The notes: generated from the sequence alone by a model not told the origin. A stretch of DNA of 37,967 bases from Desulfobulbaceae bacterium (GCA_029865195.1 JAOUHH010000002.1:1-37967); one strand, 5' to 3'; shown: positions 14,671 through 23,780, counted from the stretch's first letter. Numbers and translations: made by a program.

Positions 14671-14785
14671 ACACGTTTGCCCGCTTCACCCGAGCAAGAA
14701 GCCAGGTGCCCACTGCAAGGACTACGTGGCCGCCGGCCTTAAGCAGTGCCGTGGTTGTCAAGGCTCGATAAAGGCAGGCAAATGA
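14660..14785 (+). CDS. Possible 41-aa Cys/His mini-protein bridging terS and terL
   Basis: MASKHVCPLHPSKKPGAHCKDYVAAGLKQCRGCQGSIKAGK. The stop overlaps the terL ATG (ATGA). Confidence 0.35.
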   Translation: MASKHVCPLHPSKKPGAHCKDYVAAGLKQCRGCQGSIKAGK

Positions 14786-16515
14786 CAACCAAACGCCACG
14801 CCCGTCCGGTGGCAATGCAGTACGCATGGGACGTGCGGCGCGGCGAGATTCCGGCCTGCCGGTATGTGAAGCTTGCAGTGGAGCGGCATTTCCGCGACCT
14901 CGAAAACGGCCATGAGCGTGGACTTTGGTTTGACCAAAAGGCAGCAGAGCACGCCCTCCGCTTCTATAATTTTCTGCGGCACAGTAAAGGGGAATGGGCC
15001 GGGCAGATACTGGCCCTAGAACCGTGGCAGCAGTTCATCGTTTGGGTGTTGTTCGGCTGGAAGAACACTGACGGCACCAGGCGGTTCCGTGATGGGTATA
15101 TCGAGATCGCCAGGAAGAACGGCAAAACCACCATGGCCGCCGGGATTGCCCTCTATCTCTTGGTGGCCGACGGCGAGCCAGGTGCCGAGGTGTATGCATC
15201 CGCAACCAAGCGTGAGCAGGCGAAACAGTGCTGGGAAGAGGCAAAGCGGATGGTGCAGGCCTCAGATGCTCTTTCCGCCCGCATAAAGGATTTTAGCAGC
15301 AACCTGCATATCGTTGGCACAGCATCCAAGTTCGAGCCGCTGGGGCGGGACTCCAAGTCGACCGATGGCCTTAACATCCACGGCCTGATAAAGGATGAGT
15401 TCCATGAGTGGAAGGACCGCGACCTGTCGGCCAAACTCGACACAGCCCAGGGCGCCAGGCGGCAGCCGTTGACCGTCGCCATCTCCACCGCCGGGTCGGA
15501 GCGCACGTCGATGTGCTACGAGCTGCGGGAGCTGGTGATCAAGATCATGGAGGGGCTGGCCGACGAGGACACCGTCTTTGGGATCATTTACACCCTTGAT
15601 CCAAAGGACGAAAGCCAGTCTGACGCCGCCGCCATCTATGAGTGGGAGAACGAGGAGGAGTGGATTAAGGCAAACCCTAACCTCGGGGTGTCGGTAAAGC
15701 CTGAGTTCCTGCGGCGGCAGGTGTCAACCGCCAAGGCGATGCCGTCACAGGTAAATGCCCTGCTCCGCTACCACATGAACTTGTGGACCCAGGCGGAAAA
15801 GCGGTGGCTGAGTCCTGACGCTTGGGCGGCCTGCGGAAAATACCAGTTCAGCGAAGATGATTTGCTCGGCCGTGTCTGCTATGCGGGGCTCGACTTGTCC
15901 TCCACCACCGATCTGTCAGCGTTTGCGTTGGTGTTCCCGCCCTTTGGGGATTATCCGACAGAGGCCGATCCGGCAATCGTGCTGGTCAGGCTTTTTTGCC
16001 CTGAAGACGATATCCGCTTGCGCAGCAAGAGGGACCGGGTTCCTTACGAGACATGGGTGCGCCAGGGGCTGTTGTTCCCGACCCCAGGCGCGGCAATTGA
16101 CTACCGTTACATCCGTCTCAAGATTCTTGAGGATAAAAAGAAGTTTAAGATTCAAGAGATCGCCTACGACCGGCACAACGCCGACTGGATCCGGCAAAAA
16201 CTCAGCGACGACGAGGACCAGTTCGACATGATCGAGTTCGGCCAGGGCTGGAAGTCGATGAACTCGCCAACCAAGGAGCTGGAGCGGCTGGTATTAACAA
16301 GAAGCATTGCCCATGGAGGAAACAAGGCGCTCGGGTGGATGGCGGCAAATGTAGTGATCAGGACTGACCCGGCCGGAAACATCAAAACCGACAAGGAAAA
16401 AAGCATAGAAAAGATAGACGGCATCGTCGCCATGATTATGGGGATAGGCCGGGCGATAGTCAAAGAGCAGGCGTTCCAGAGCAAATATGAGAAAGAGGGG
16501 GTAGTGGCGCTATGA
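14782..16515 (+). CDS. terL: Terminase large subunit
   Basis: 577 aa counted from the ATG at 14782. ATPase region GYIEIARKNGKTTMAAG (Walker A-like). Nuclease-half pattern and position are typical of Terminase_1/HK97-like TerL. Confidence 0.9.
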   Translation: MTTKRHARPVAMQYAWDVRRGEIPACRYVKLAVERHFRDLENGHERGLWFDQKAAEHALRFYNFLRHSKGEWAGQILALEPWQQFIVWVLFGWKNTDGTRRFRDGYIEIARKNGKTTMAAGIALYLLVADGEPGAEVYASATKREQAKQCWEEAKRMVQASDALSARIKDFSSNLHIVGTASKFEPLGRDSKSTDGLNIHGLIKDEFHEWKDRDLSAKLDTAQGARRQPLTVAISTAGSERTSMCYELRELVIKIMEGLADEDTVFGIIYTLDPKDESQSDAAAIYEWENEEEWIKANPNLGVSVKPEFLRRQVSTAKAMPSQVNALLRYHMNLWTQAEKRWLSPDAWAACGKYQFSEDDLLGRVCYAGLDLSSTTDLSAFALVFPPFGDYPTEADPAIVLVRLFCPEDDIRLRSKRDRVPYETWVRQGLLFPTPGAAIDYRYIRLKILEDKKKFKIQEIAYDRHNADWIRQKLSDDEDQFDMIEFGQGWKSMNSPTKELERLVLTRSIAHGGNKALGWMAANVVIRTDPAGNIKTDKEKSIEKIDGIVAMIMGIGRAIVKEQAFQSKYEKEGVVAL

Positions 16516-16715
16516 CAGAACAACAGGAAACGTGGGTCGAGGTTTCGCGGGTGTGTCGTCGGCTTGGTCTCTCTGATTCTTCTGTGCGCCGGCTGATGGC
16601 CAACAACGACCTGCGCTGGCGAAAGATCGGCCCGCGCAAGGGCTATCAAGTGGCGCTCTCTTCGGTGATTTGTTACGAGGAGGCCAGGCAGGAAGCGGCC
16701 AGACTGGTGGTCTGA
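16512..16715 (+). CDS. Excisionase-family HTH protein (67 aa) inserted between terL and portal
   Basis: ATGA overlap with terL. Motif WVEVSRVCRRLGLSDSSVRRLMANNDLRWRKIGPRKGYQV is HTH_17-like. Confidence 0.65.
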   Translation: MTEQQETWVEVSRVCRRLGLSDSSVRRLMANNDLRWRKIGPRKGYQVALSSVICYEEARQEAARLVV

Positions 16716-16726
16716 CCTTTTTATTT
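16700..16726 (+). terminator. Weak terminator-like hairpin after the HTH gene
   Basis: CAGAC-tggtg-GTCTG followed by ACCTTTTTATTT. Confidence 0.3.
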
Positions 16727-16750
16727 CCCCAATTCCCCCAACCTCCCCAA
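16727..16750 (+). repeat. Three phased CCCC(C)AA repeats (9-bp period)
   Basis: CCCCAA 16727-16732, CCCCCAA 16735-16741, CCCCAA 16745-16750. Downstream is TTGCGT (16766-16771)-17 nt-CACTAT (16789-16794), a candidate promoter. Confidence 0.5.
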
Positions 16751-16826
16751 TTTTACCACCACATATTGCGTACCGCGCACCAATGAGCCACTATCCGTTG
16801 TATAAACACGGCTCAGGGGTGCGCCA

Positions 16827-17024
16827 GTGTCAAACCGTTCCACCGTTTCACGTCTTGTTTCATCTCTTTTGCCCGACCTGATGGCCGGCGCCGGGATTAC
16901 CATGCTCGGCGTCGGCCTCTGGTGGCTTGCCCCCTGGCTGTCGCTTACGGTTACAGGTGCCCTGCTGCTCGTTGGCTCGGCCCTCCTCTCCCGTACCAAG
17001 AGCGCTGCCGGGGGTGAGCAATGA
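16827..17024 (+). CDS. Small 2-TM membrane protein (65 aa) coupled to the portal gene
   Basis: GTG start follows AGGGG. Hydrophobic segments AGAGITMLGVGLWWLAPWL and TVTGALLLVGSALL. ATGA overlap with the portal gene. Confidence 0.5.
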   Translation: MSNRSTVSRLVSSLLPDLMAGAGITMLGVGLWWLAPWLSLTVTGALLLVGSALLSRTKSAAGGEQ

Positions 17025-18232
17025 GCATCGCCGCCAGACTCTTTGCGCCCCGCGCCCAGTCCATCACCTCCTCCCGCGAACTTGAACGCCTGCTGATCTC
17101 CCATTTCGGCGTGGCCGCCGCTTCCGGCGCCTCAGTAAACACCGATAGCGCCATGCGTGTGGCCGCCGTCTACACTTGCCTCCTCATCCTCGCTCAGTCC
17201 GTTGGCCAACTCCCCTGCCAACTGATGGTAGCCGACGGCAGCAACCGCAACAAGGCCACCGACCACCGGCTCTATGCCCTCCTGCACGACCAGCCAAACG
17301 AGTGGATGACCGCCTACGAGTTTTGGTCGATGAACATGCTGCACTTGGCCAGCCGTGGCAACGGCTACAACTACAAGGTGATGGTGCGCGACGAGGTGCG
17401 GGAGCTGATCCCGTTTCATCCCGACTCGGTGCTCAAGGTCGAGCAGGACGAGCAGTACCGCCTCTATTACACCGTCCGCAAGAAGGACGGCACAGAAGTT
17501 GTCATCCCCCAAAAATACATCATGCACCTGCGCGGCCTGGTGTCCAACGGCTACATGGGAATGAACCCCATCGAGGCCATGCGGGAGAGCATCGGCACCG
17601 CCATCACCATGGACCGGATGGCCGGCAAAACCTACGCCAACTCAGCCCGTCCCAGCGGCGTTCTGGAGCATCCGCAAAAGCTCTCCGATCCAGCGGCAAA
17701 GCGACTGCGCGATTCGTTCGATGAGAACTATGCCAGCGCCGAGAACGCCGGCAAGACTCTGGTCCTGGAGGAGGGGATGAAGTGGACAAGTGTTTCCATG
17801 TCCATGGCCGATGCCCAGTTCCTGGAAAACCGCAAGTTCAGCCGCAGCGAGATCGGCGGCATCTTCCGCATCCCCGCCCACCTGATGAACGACCTTGAGA
17901 AAGCGACCTTCTCCAACGTCGAGCACCTGGACATCGGCTTTGTCAAGCACACCCTCAACCCTTGGTTGGTCAACATCGAGCAGGCGGTAAAGCGCGACCT
18001 GCTGACGCCTGACGAAAAAAAAACGCACTACCTCAAGTTCAACGTCAACGGCCTGCTGCGCGGCGACTTCAAGAGCCGCATGGAAGGGTACGCCCGCGGC
18101 ATCAACTTCGGGATCTTCCTTCGCAACGAGTGCCGCGAGTGGGAAGACCTGAACCCGTACGATGGCGGCGACGAGCCCATCTACCAGAGCAACATGGAAC
18201 CGGAAGGGGGACGTAATGCTGATCGCCAATAA
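17021..18232 (+). CDS. Portal protein (HK97 family)
   Basis: 403 aa, positioned after TerL. Typical HK97-portal blocks: YNYKV...IPFHPD, SGVLEHP..L, FRIPAHLMND. Confidence 0.9.
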   Translation: MSIAARLFAPRAQSITSSRELERLLISHFGVAAASGASVNTDSAMRVAAVYTCLLILAQSVGQLPCQLMVADGSNRNKATDHRLYALLHDQPNEWMTAYEFWSMNMLHLASRGNGYNYKVMVRDEVRELIPFHPDSVLKVEQDEQYRLYYTVRKKDGTEVVIPQKYIMHLRGLVSNGYMGMNPIEAMRESIGTAITMDRMAGKTYANSARPSGVLEHPQKLSDPAAKRLRDSFDENYASAENAGKTLVLEEGMKWTSVSMSMADAQFLENRKFSRSEIGGIFRIPAHLMNDLEKATFSNVEHLDIGFVKHTLNPWLVNIEQAVKRDLLTPDEKKTHYLKFNVNGLLRGDFKSRMEGYARGINFGIFLRNECREWEDLNPYDGGDEPIYQSNMEPEGGRNADRQ

Positions 18233-19070
18233 CCGCCGCACCGACCGAACCGCCGCCCAGGTGGCGGAGTTTTGGGGCAAGAGCCTTAACGACCGCGAGT
18301 GGTTCGACATCAAGGCATCAGGAAAGGACTCGGCTGAGCTTCTGATCTACGACGTGATCGGCTGGCCGTTTGTCGAGGCGTCGGAGCTGGTGCGGGCGCT
18401 GCAGGGTTTGCAGGGCGCCGACCTCACGGTGCGGATCAACTCGCCCGGTGGCGATGTGTTCGACGGCCTGGCCATTGCCAACGCCTTTGGGCGGCACGAC
18501 GGCCATGTGGTGACGGTGGTGGACGGCCTGGCCGCATCCATCGCTTCCATCATCCACCAGGCAGGGGCGGAGCGGATCATCGCCGCCAACGGCCATATTA
18601 TGATCCACAACGCCTGGACCATCGCCTGGGGCGACCACCGCGAGATGGCCAAGGCCTCCGACATGCTGGCCCGGGTGTCTGGCCAGCTCGCCAAGACCTA
18701 CGCTGACCGCACCGGCCTGGCCCTGGCCAAGCTCGCCAAGATGATGGACGAGGAAACCTGGTTCATCGGCGGCGACGAGGCTGTGGCCGAAGGGTTTGCC
18801 GATTCGGTCGGCCCCGCCGCCTCGGCCCGGGCCAAGTTTGATACCTCGATTTTTGCCAACGCCCCGGCCTCGCTGGTTTCTCTGCTCGACACCGCCGGCG
18901 GCGATCCGACCAAACGCAAAGCAGAACACGCCCTGCGCCAGGCAGGGCTCAAGCAGCATGAGGCAAAGGCGGTCCTTGCGGGAGGCTGGGCCGCCATCGA
19001 TCAACGGGACGTTGACGCCGCCGAGGTGCTGGCATCCGTGCGCAAGCTTACCAATCAACTCAGATCGTAA
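18216..19070 (+). CDS. Prohead maturation protease (ClpP-like, S14)
   Basis: ATG at 18216 follows GGAAGGGGGA. ELLIYDVIG...INSPGGDVFDGLAIANA...GLAASIASII (catalytic Ser context) and IMIHNAW (His). Confidence 0.88.
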   Translation: MLIANNRRTDRTAAQVAEFWGKSLNDREWFDIKASGKDSAELLIYDVIGWPFVEASELVRALQGLQGADLTVRINSPGGDVFDGLAIANAFGRHDGHVVTVVDGLAASIASIIHQAGAERIIAANGHIMIHNAWTIAWGDHREMAKASDMLARVSGQLAKTYADRTGLALAKLAKMMDEETWFIGGDEAVAEGFADSVGPAASARAKFDTSIFANAPASLVSLLDTAGGDPTKRKAEHALRQAGLKQHEAKAVLAGGWAAIDQRDVDAAEVLASVRKLTNQLRS

Positions 19071-19081
19071 GGAGTAACCCC

Positions 19082-20305
19082 ATGTCCACCACCGCAGAAC
19101 TGAAGGAAACCATTCTGGACCTCGGCAAGGCGTTCGAGCAGTTCAAGGCCGAAAACGATCAGCGTCTTGCCGACATGGAGAAGAAAGGCCATGTCGACCC
19201 GCTGCTGGCCGAGAAGGTCGACCGCATCAACAAGGACATAACCGCCATTGCCAAACTGAAGGACCAGCTCGAAGTCCTCGAAACCAAGATCGCCCGTGGC
19301 GACTTCGGCGGCGGCGGCACCACTGAGCTGGACCGCGCCAAGGCAGAGCATAAGATGGCGTTTGACACCTGGTTCCGCAAGGGAACAGACAACGGCCTGC
19401 GCGATCTCGAAGTAAAGGCGGCGCTCACCACCCAGTCTGATCCTGACAGTGGCTATCTGGTGGTGGAGGAGTATGAGCAGGCCATTGACCGGGTGGCTGC
19501 CGCAGTTACCGCAATGCGGAGGCTTGCGAGGGTGCAGCAGATTTCAGGCTCTTCCTACAAGAAGCTCGTCAACCAGGGCGGGGCCTCTTCCGGATGGGTC
19601 GGGGAGACCGAGAGCCGATCCGAGACGAACACCCCGACCTTGAAGGAAATCGTCATCAACGCCATGGAGGCTTATGTCAACATGGCCGCCTCACAGTCCA
19701 CCCTTGATGATTCGCGCATCAACCTCGCTCAATGGATCGAGGATGAAGGCGCCATTGAAATCGATGAGGAAGAGGCCGCCGCCTTCATCTCCGGGAACGG
19801 CGTTAAGCGGCCCCGCGGTATCCTCGCTTATCCGCTTGTGGCAAACGCCTCCTATTCCTGGGGCAACATCGGTTATGTGGTGTCCGGCGCTGCCGCTGCC
19901 ATTACCGAGCCCAACGCCATCATCAGCCTGCAGCATGCGTTGAAGTCTCGCTACCGCAACGACTCTGCTTTCCTGATGGCTGACTCTACCCTGGAGACCG
20001 TCCGCAAGCTCAAGGACGGCAACGGCGCCTACATTTGGCGGCCCGGCTTGGAGCAAGGCGCCCCCGAGCTCCTTCTTGGCAAACCCGTTGAAACCGACGA
20101 CAACATGCCGGCCATCGCCGCCAACGCCCTTGCCATTGCTTACGGCAACTTCAAGCGCGGCTACATGATCGTTGACCGGATCGGCCTGCGTGTTCTGCGC
20201 GACCCCTATACCAACAAGCCCTATGTCATGTTCTACATGACCAAGCGGGTTGGCGGCGGCGTGGTCAACTTCGAGGCAATCAAGCTGCTGAAGGTTGCCG
20301 CGTAA
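19082..20305 (+). CDS. Major capsid protein (HK97 fold family)
   Basis: 407 aa with an N-terminal coiled delta-domain-like region. Lies directly after the protease. Has the C-terminal pattern typical of HK97-type MCP. Confidence 0.9.
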   Translation: MSTTAELKETILDLGKAFEQFKAENDQRLADMEKKGHVDPLLAEKVDRINKDITAIAKLKDQLEVLETKIARGDFGGGGTTELDRAKAEHKMAFDTWFRKGTDNGLRDLEVKAALTTQSDPDSGYLVVEEYEQAIDRVAAAVTAMRRLARVQQISGSSYKKLVNQGGASSGWVGETESRSETNTPTLKEIVINAMEAYVNMAASQSTLDDSRINLAQWIEDEGAIEIDEEEAAAFISGNGVKRPRGILAYPLVANASYSWGNIGYVVSGAAAAITEPNAIISLQHALKSRYRNDSAFLMADSTLETVRKLKDGNGAYIWRPGLEQGAPELLLGKPVETDDNMPAIAANALAIAYGNFKRGYMIVDRIGLRVLRDPYTNKPYVMFYMTKRVGGGVVNFEAIKLLKVAA

Positions 20306-20320
20306 CCGGCAGGTTTTACC

Positions 20321-20350
20321 GGGCCGGCTGTGGTGGCCGGCTCGTCTTTG
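20321..20350 (+). terminator. Hairpin plus short T-run after the capsid gene
   Basis: GGGCCGGC-tgtggtg-GCCGGCTC (8 bp including one G-U pair), then GTCTTTG. Confidence 0.4.
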
Positions 20351-20383
20351 ACGACTGAACCATCTATCTGAGGAGCACAAACC

Positions 20384-20827
20384 ATGCGCGATTTGCATAG
20401 CCGTATCGATGTAGTACCGGTAGTCCCCCCGGTCCTGGTGTTGGATGCCACTGTCCCTGCCGCTGCTGCTATCGACCTGCAGGGGTTCAACTCATGCGAG
20501 CTTGAGATTTCCGTTGGACTCAAGTCTGTCGACACCGGCACCATCACCATCCAGCTCGATCATGCCGACGACGACGGCACCGGTGTTGCCGGGGCCTACT
20601 CGAATGTCGCCGCCGCCGACATGCTCGGGGTAACTCCTGCCTCCGGAATCATCCACACCATCGACTGTGACGCCGACGCCAGCACCTCCAACGTTTTCCG
20701 GTACGGATACGTCGGCGGCAAGCGGTTCATCAAGGTTACCACTGCCGAGGTTGGGGCGAACGCCAACGGCGTCATCGTCGGCGTCAACGCGATCAAGGGC
20801 AACCCTGATAACGGCCCGACCTCGTAA
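20384..20827 (+). CDS. Hypothetical head-module protein (147 aa)
   Basis: GAGGAG SD upstream and good coding bias. No motif recognised. Confidence 0.7.
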   Translation: MRDLHSRIDVVPVVPPVLVLDATVPAAAAIDLQGFNSCELEISVGLKSVDTGTITIQLDHADDDGTGVAGAYSNVAAADMLGVTPASGIIHTIDCDADASTSNVFRYGYVGGKRFIKVTTAEVGANANGVIVGVNAIKGNPDNGPTS

Positions 20828-20885
20828 GCGGCTTAACACCCGGGACCGGGTAGCACCGGTCCCGCATCAGTAAAGGACGCGCACC

Positions 20886-21248
20886 ATGCCCAGAATCAAA
20901 CTTGCCGAGGAACTCAGGTATGCCCACTGCGGCCACACCGTGCGGGCCTATGGCTCCGGAGAGTATGAGGTCGCCCCCGGTCTTGACCGGCCCGGGTGCA
21001 TCCCTCCCGATGCCGCCGACTATGCCCTTGGACATGGGCTGGCCGAGACGGTGAAGGCCGCCCCGGACCCTGGCCCCACTGGCCAGACCCTCGCCGACCT
21101 GATCGCCATGGCCATCACCTGCCTTGTCCCTGGCACCACCGACTTTACCGGCAACGGCAAGCCGCAGGTCCAGGCCATCAGCGAGATCCTCGGCGAGGAC
21201 ATCACCGCCACCCAGCGCGATGCGGTGTGGCAAGAGATCAATGAATAA
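20886..21248 (+). CDS. Hypothetical head-module protein (120 aa)
   Basis: AAAGGA SD upstream and good coding bias. No motif recognised. Confidence 0.65.
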   Translation: MPRIKLAEELRYAHCGHTVRAYGSGEYEVAPGLDRPGCIPPDAADYALGHGLAETVKAAPDPGPTGQTLADLIAMAITCLVPGTTDFTGNGKPQVQAISEILGEDITATQRDAVWQEINE

Positions 21249-21285
21249 CCTGGCCTCCGGCCAGACAACCACGGGAGTAACGTTG

Positions 21286-22152
21286 ATGAACAAACATTCC
21301 TGGCGCCTGGCGCCGCTTATCATGCTGGCCACTGTCCTGCTCGTGCAGTGCTCTCCGGCCTTTGCAGCCGACGGCTATTCCACCTCCATCTATAAGGAGG
21401 GCGGCGGCAACAAGATGGTTGTCGGCTCGGGCGGCGAGATCGAGGTGCAGTCCGGCGCCACCCTGGACATGCAGTCCGGCGCCAGCCTCAATATCCACGG
21501 CCTTTCCATTTCCGCCGCCGAGGCCGGCTACCTTGACGGGGCAAGCACCGCCAACAGCACCGCATCGGTGGTAGCCGTCCTCGATGCAAACAAGAACCTC
21601 AAGGTGGCCAGCGGCAACGGCTCCGGGGTCGGGGGGACCGTTGCCGTTGCCGAGTATGGGGTGGGCGACGTCATCCACAAGACCGTTATCACCTGCACAG
21701 CCACCACCGTCACCATCTCGGACGATGCCGGGGTGGCGCAATACGGCGGGGTGAAATTGTACGACTTCCCGGAAGGCTCGGCGCTGATCCATGGCGCTGT
21801 CATCAACGGGGCGCTCACTGCCGGGGTAACCGGTACGATAATCGACGGATGGAGCGGCGGGGTGGCGCTCGGCTCGGCAACGGCCACCACCGGCGCGACC
21901 CTTACCGGCACCGAGGCTGATCTTGTGCCGGAGGTGAACATCCCGGCGGCAACGCTCAAAGTCGGGACGGCCAAGGCATACCCTACCCCGACCGCGCTCA
22001 CCGAGAGCGGAGCACGATGGGTTGACGGCACGTCTACCCCCATTGACCTCTACCTGAACTTCGTCATCGACGACGACGCAACCCATACCGCCGGCACGGC
22101 GACATTCACCGGCACCATCACGGTGCTGTGGTCGAACCTGGGGGACGTGTAG
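21286..22152 (+). CDS. Gly/Thr/Ala-rich protein with an N-terminal Sec-type signal-like peptide (289 aa)
   Basis: ATG at 21286 follows GGGAG; alternative starts are at 21241 and 21124. N-terminus MNKHSWRLAPLIMLATVLLVQCSPAFA/ADG, then repetitive beta-rich sequence (GSGGEIEVQSGATLDMQSGASLNIHG, YLDGAST..VVAVLDANKNLK). Confidence 0.65.
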   Translation: MNKHSWRLAPLIMLATVLLVQCSPAFAADGYSTSIYKEGGGNKMVVGSGGEIEVQSGATLDMQSGASLNIHGLSISAAEAGYLDGASTANSTASVVAVLDANKNLKVASGNGSGVGGTVAVAEYGVGDVIHKTVITCTATTVTISDDAGVAQYGGVKLYDFPEGSALIHGAVINGALTAGVTGTIIDGWSGGVALGSATATTGATLTGTEADLVPEVNIPAATLKVGTAKAYPTPTALTESGARWVDGTSTPIDLYLNFVIDDDATHTAGTATFTGTITVLWSNLGDV

Positions 22153-22156
22153 GCCA

Positions 22157-22981
22157 ATGAGCGCCCGCCAAATCATAACAGCGCCGGCAGTCGAGCCATT
22201 GACCATTGCCGAGGTCAAGGGCAACTGCCGGATCAACCTGGGCGACAACTCGGACGAGTCCGTCATCCTGGAGACTGCGGCGGTGGCCAGGGTGAGCGCC
22301 TCCACCTTCACGGTGGTTGGCGACCGGCGGAAAATCTACTCGCCCGGGCGGTATCTGGCGCTTGACCAGACCACCGACGCCACCGGCTATGTGGCGGCGG
22401 CGCCCACCTTTGACAGCGTTGCCAACAAGACCACGGTGCGCTTCAGCGGCACGGTGGACAGCGGCCTTGCCTCGGTGAGCTACGGCGACGGCCACCTGGC
22501 TAAACTCATCGCCATGGCCAGGGACATTGCCGAGCAGCACCAGCGGCGCAGCCTCATCACCCAGACCCTTGACCTTTTTTTTGACGGGTTCCCGGAGGGT
22601 GATGCCCTGCCGCTCCATGCCTCGCCCATCCAGTCGGTTGCCTCGCTCAAGTACACCGACTCGGACGGGGTGGAGCACACCGTGGACACTGCCGACTACT
22701 CGGTAGACCTGGTGAGCATCCGGCCGCAGTTGGTGCTCGGCTACGGCAAGAGCTGGCCCAGTGCCACCCTGCGGCCCATGCTGCCGGTGGTGGCCCGGGT
22801 GGTGGCAGGCTACGGCGACTCCGGCGATGCGGTGCCAGCCTCGACCTGGTCAGGCATGATGCTGCTCGTCAGCAGCATGTACGAATACCGGGAGGATATC
22901 GTTACCGGCACCATCGTCAGCAAGATGCCGCGCTCGGCCGAGTACCAGCTCGACCGCGAGGCGATCGTGGAGTTGCCATGA
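22157..22981 (+). CDS. Head-tail connector (gp6/gp8-like) with an internal ~75-aa insertion
   Basis: N-terminus EPLTIAEVKGNCRI..DES and later IAEQHQRRSLITQTLDLFFDGFP..LPLHASPIQSV.SLKYTD match this family. 274 aa is long for it. Confidence 0.7.
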   Translation: MSARQIITAPAVEPLTIAEVKGNCRINLGDNSDESVILETAAVARVSASTFTVVGDRRKIYSPGRYLALDQTTDATGYVAAAPTFDSVANKTTVRFSGTVDSGLASVSYGDGHLAKLIAMARDIAEQHQRRSLITQTLDLFFDGFPEGDALPLHASPIQSVASLKYTDSDGVEHTVDTADYSVDLVSIRPQLVLGYGKSWPSATLRPMLPVVARVVAGYGDSGDAVPASTWSGMMLLVSSMYEYREDIVTGTIVSKMPRSAEYQLDREAIVELP

Positions 22982-23298
22982 GGGCGGGGAGGCTGCGCCA
23001 TCGGGTGATCATCCAGGCCGCCGGCGGCACTGCCAACGGCTACAACGAGGTGGTGGCAACCTGGTCGAACGTGGCCACGGTGTGGGCGGATGTGCGGCCA
23101 GCCAGTGGCAAAGAACAGTGGCGTGGCCTGGAGCCGGAGGCGGTGGTATCCCACGAGGTCGCCATGCGCTACCGGGCCGGGGTGGGCCCGGCCAACCGGC
23201 TGCTGTTTGGCTCCAGGGTGCTGAACATCAAGGCGGTGCTCAACCTGGACGAACGCAACCGGGAACTGCTGCTGCTCTGCGAGGAGAAACCGTCATGA
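22978..23298 (+). CDS. Head closure / head-tail adaptor (SPP1 gp16-like)
   Basis: RHRVIIQ...TWSNVATVWADVRPASGKE...VAMRYR...RLLFGSRVLNIKAVLNLDERNRELLLLCEE fits the family pattern. Confidence 0.8.
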   Translation: MRAGRLRHRVIIQAAGGTANGYNEVVATWSNVATVWADVRPASGKEQWRGLEPEAVVSHEVAMRYRAGVGPANRLLFGSRVLNIKAVLNLDERNRELLLLCEEKPS

Positions 23299-23780
23299 AG
23301 ATGAGCATGAAGCCGTCAGCAGCCACAGCAGATCTTCTAAAAAAACTCGGAGACCTGCTTTCCGTCGGCGAGCTGAACTACGCAGCCGGAATTGGCGCTG
23401 ACATCGTAGCAGAAGAAGCACGCCGTCTAGCCCCTGGCGGCCCAACAGGTAACCTCAGGCGCGGCATTGTTTCACGAATTGACAACGTAAAGGTCTTGTT
23501 TGGTTCAGGAGGTAAGGCCGGCCACGCTTATGTCGGAATTAACTATAATATTGCGCCACACGCCCACCTGGTGGAGTTCGGCACTGCCGGGGCCCGGACG
23601 CCGACAAAAAAGAAATACCTGAAGATGGTCATTGACGGCCAGGTCATCTTCCGCCGGGTGGCAGGGCCGATGCCGGCAAAACCGTTTTTGCGGCCTGCAA
23701 TAGACGCCAAATCGCCAGAGGCCGCTGCCGCCGTTGCCGCCGATCTCGCTGCAAGGATCGCATTAAAGGTCGGGTCATGA
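23295..23780 (+). CDS. HK97 gp10-family tail-joining protein
   Basis: ATGA overlap. EEARRLAPGGPTGNLRRGI...APHAHLVEFGT. Confidence 0.8.
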   Translation: MKMSMKPSAATADLLKKLGDLLSVGELNYAAGIGADIVAEEARRLAPGGPTGNLRRGIVSRIDNVKVLFGSGGKAGHAYVGINYNIAPHAHLVEFGTAGARTPTKKKYLKMVIDGQVIFRRVAGPMPAKPFLRPAIDAKSPEAAAAVAADLAARIALKVGS

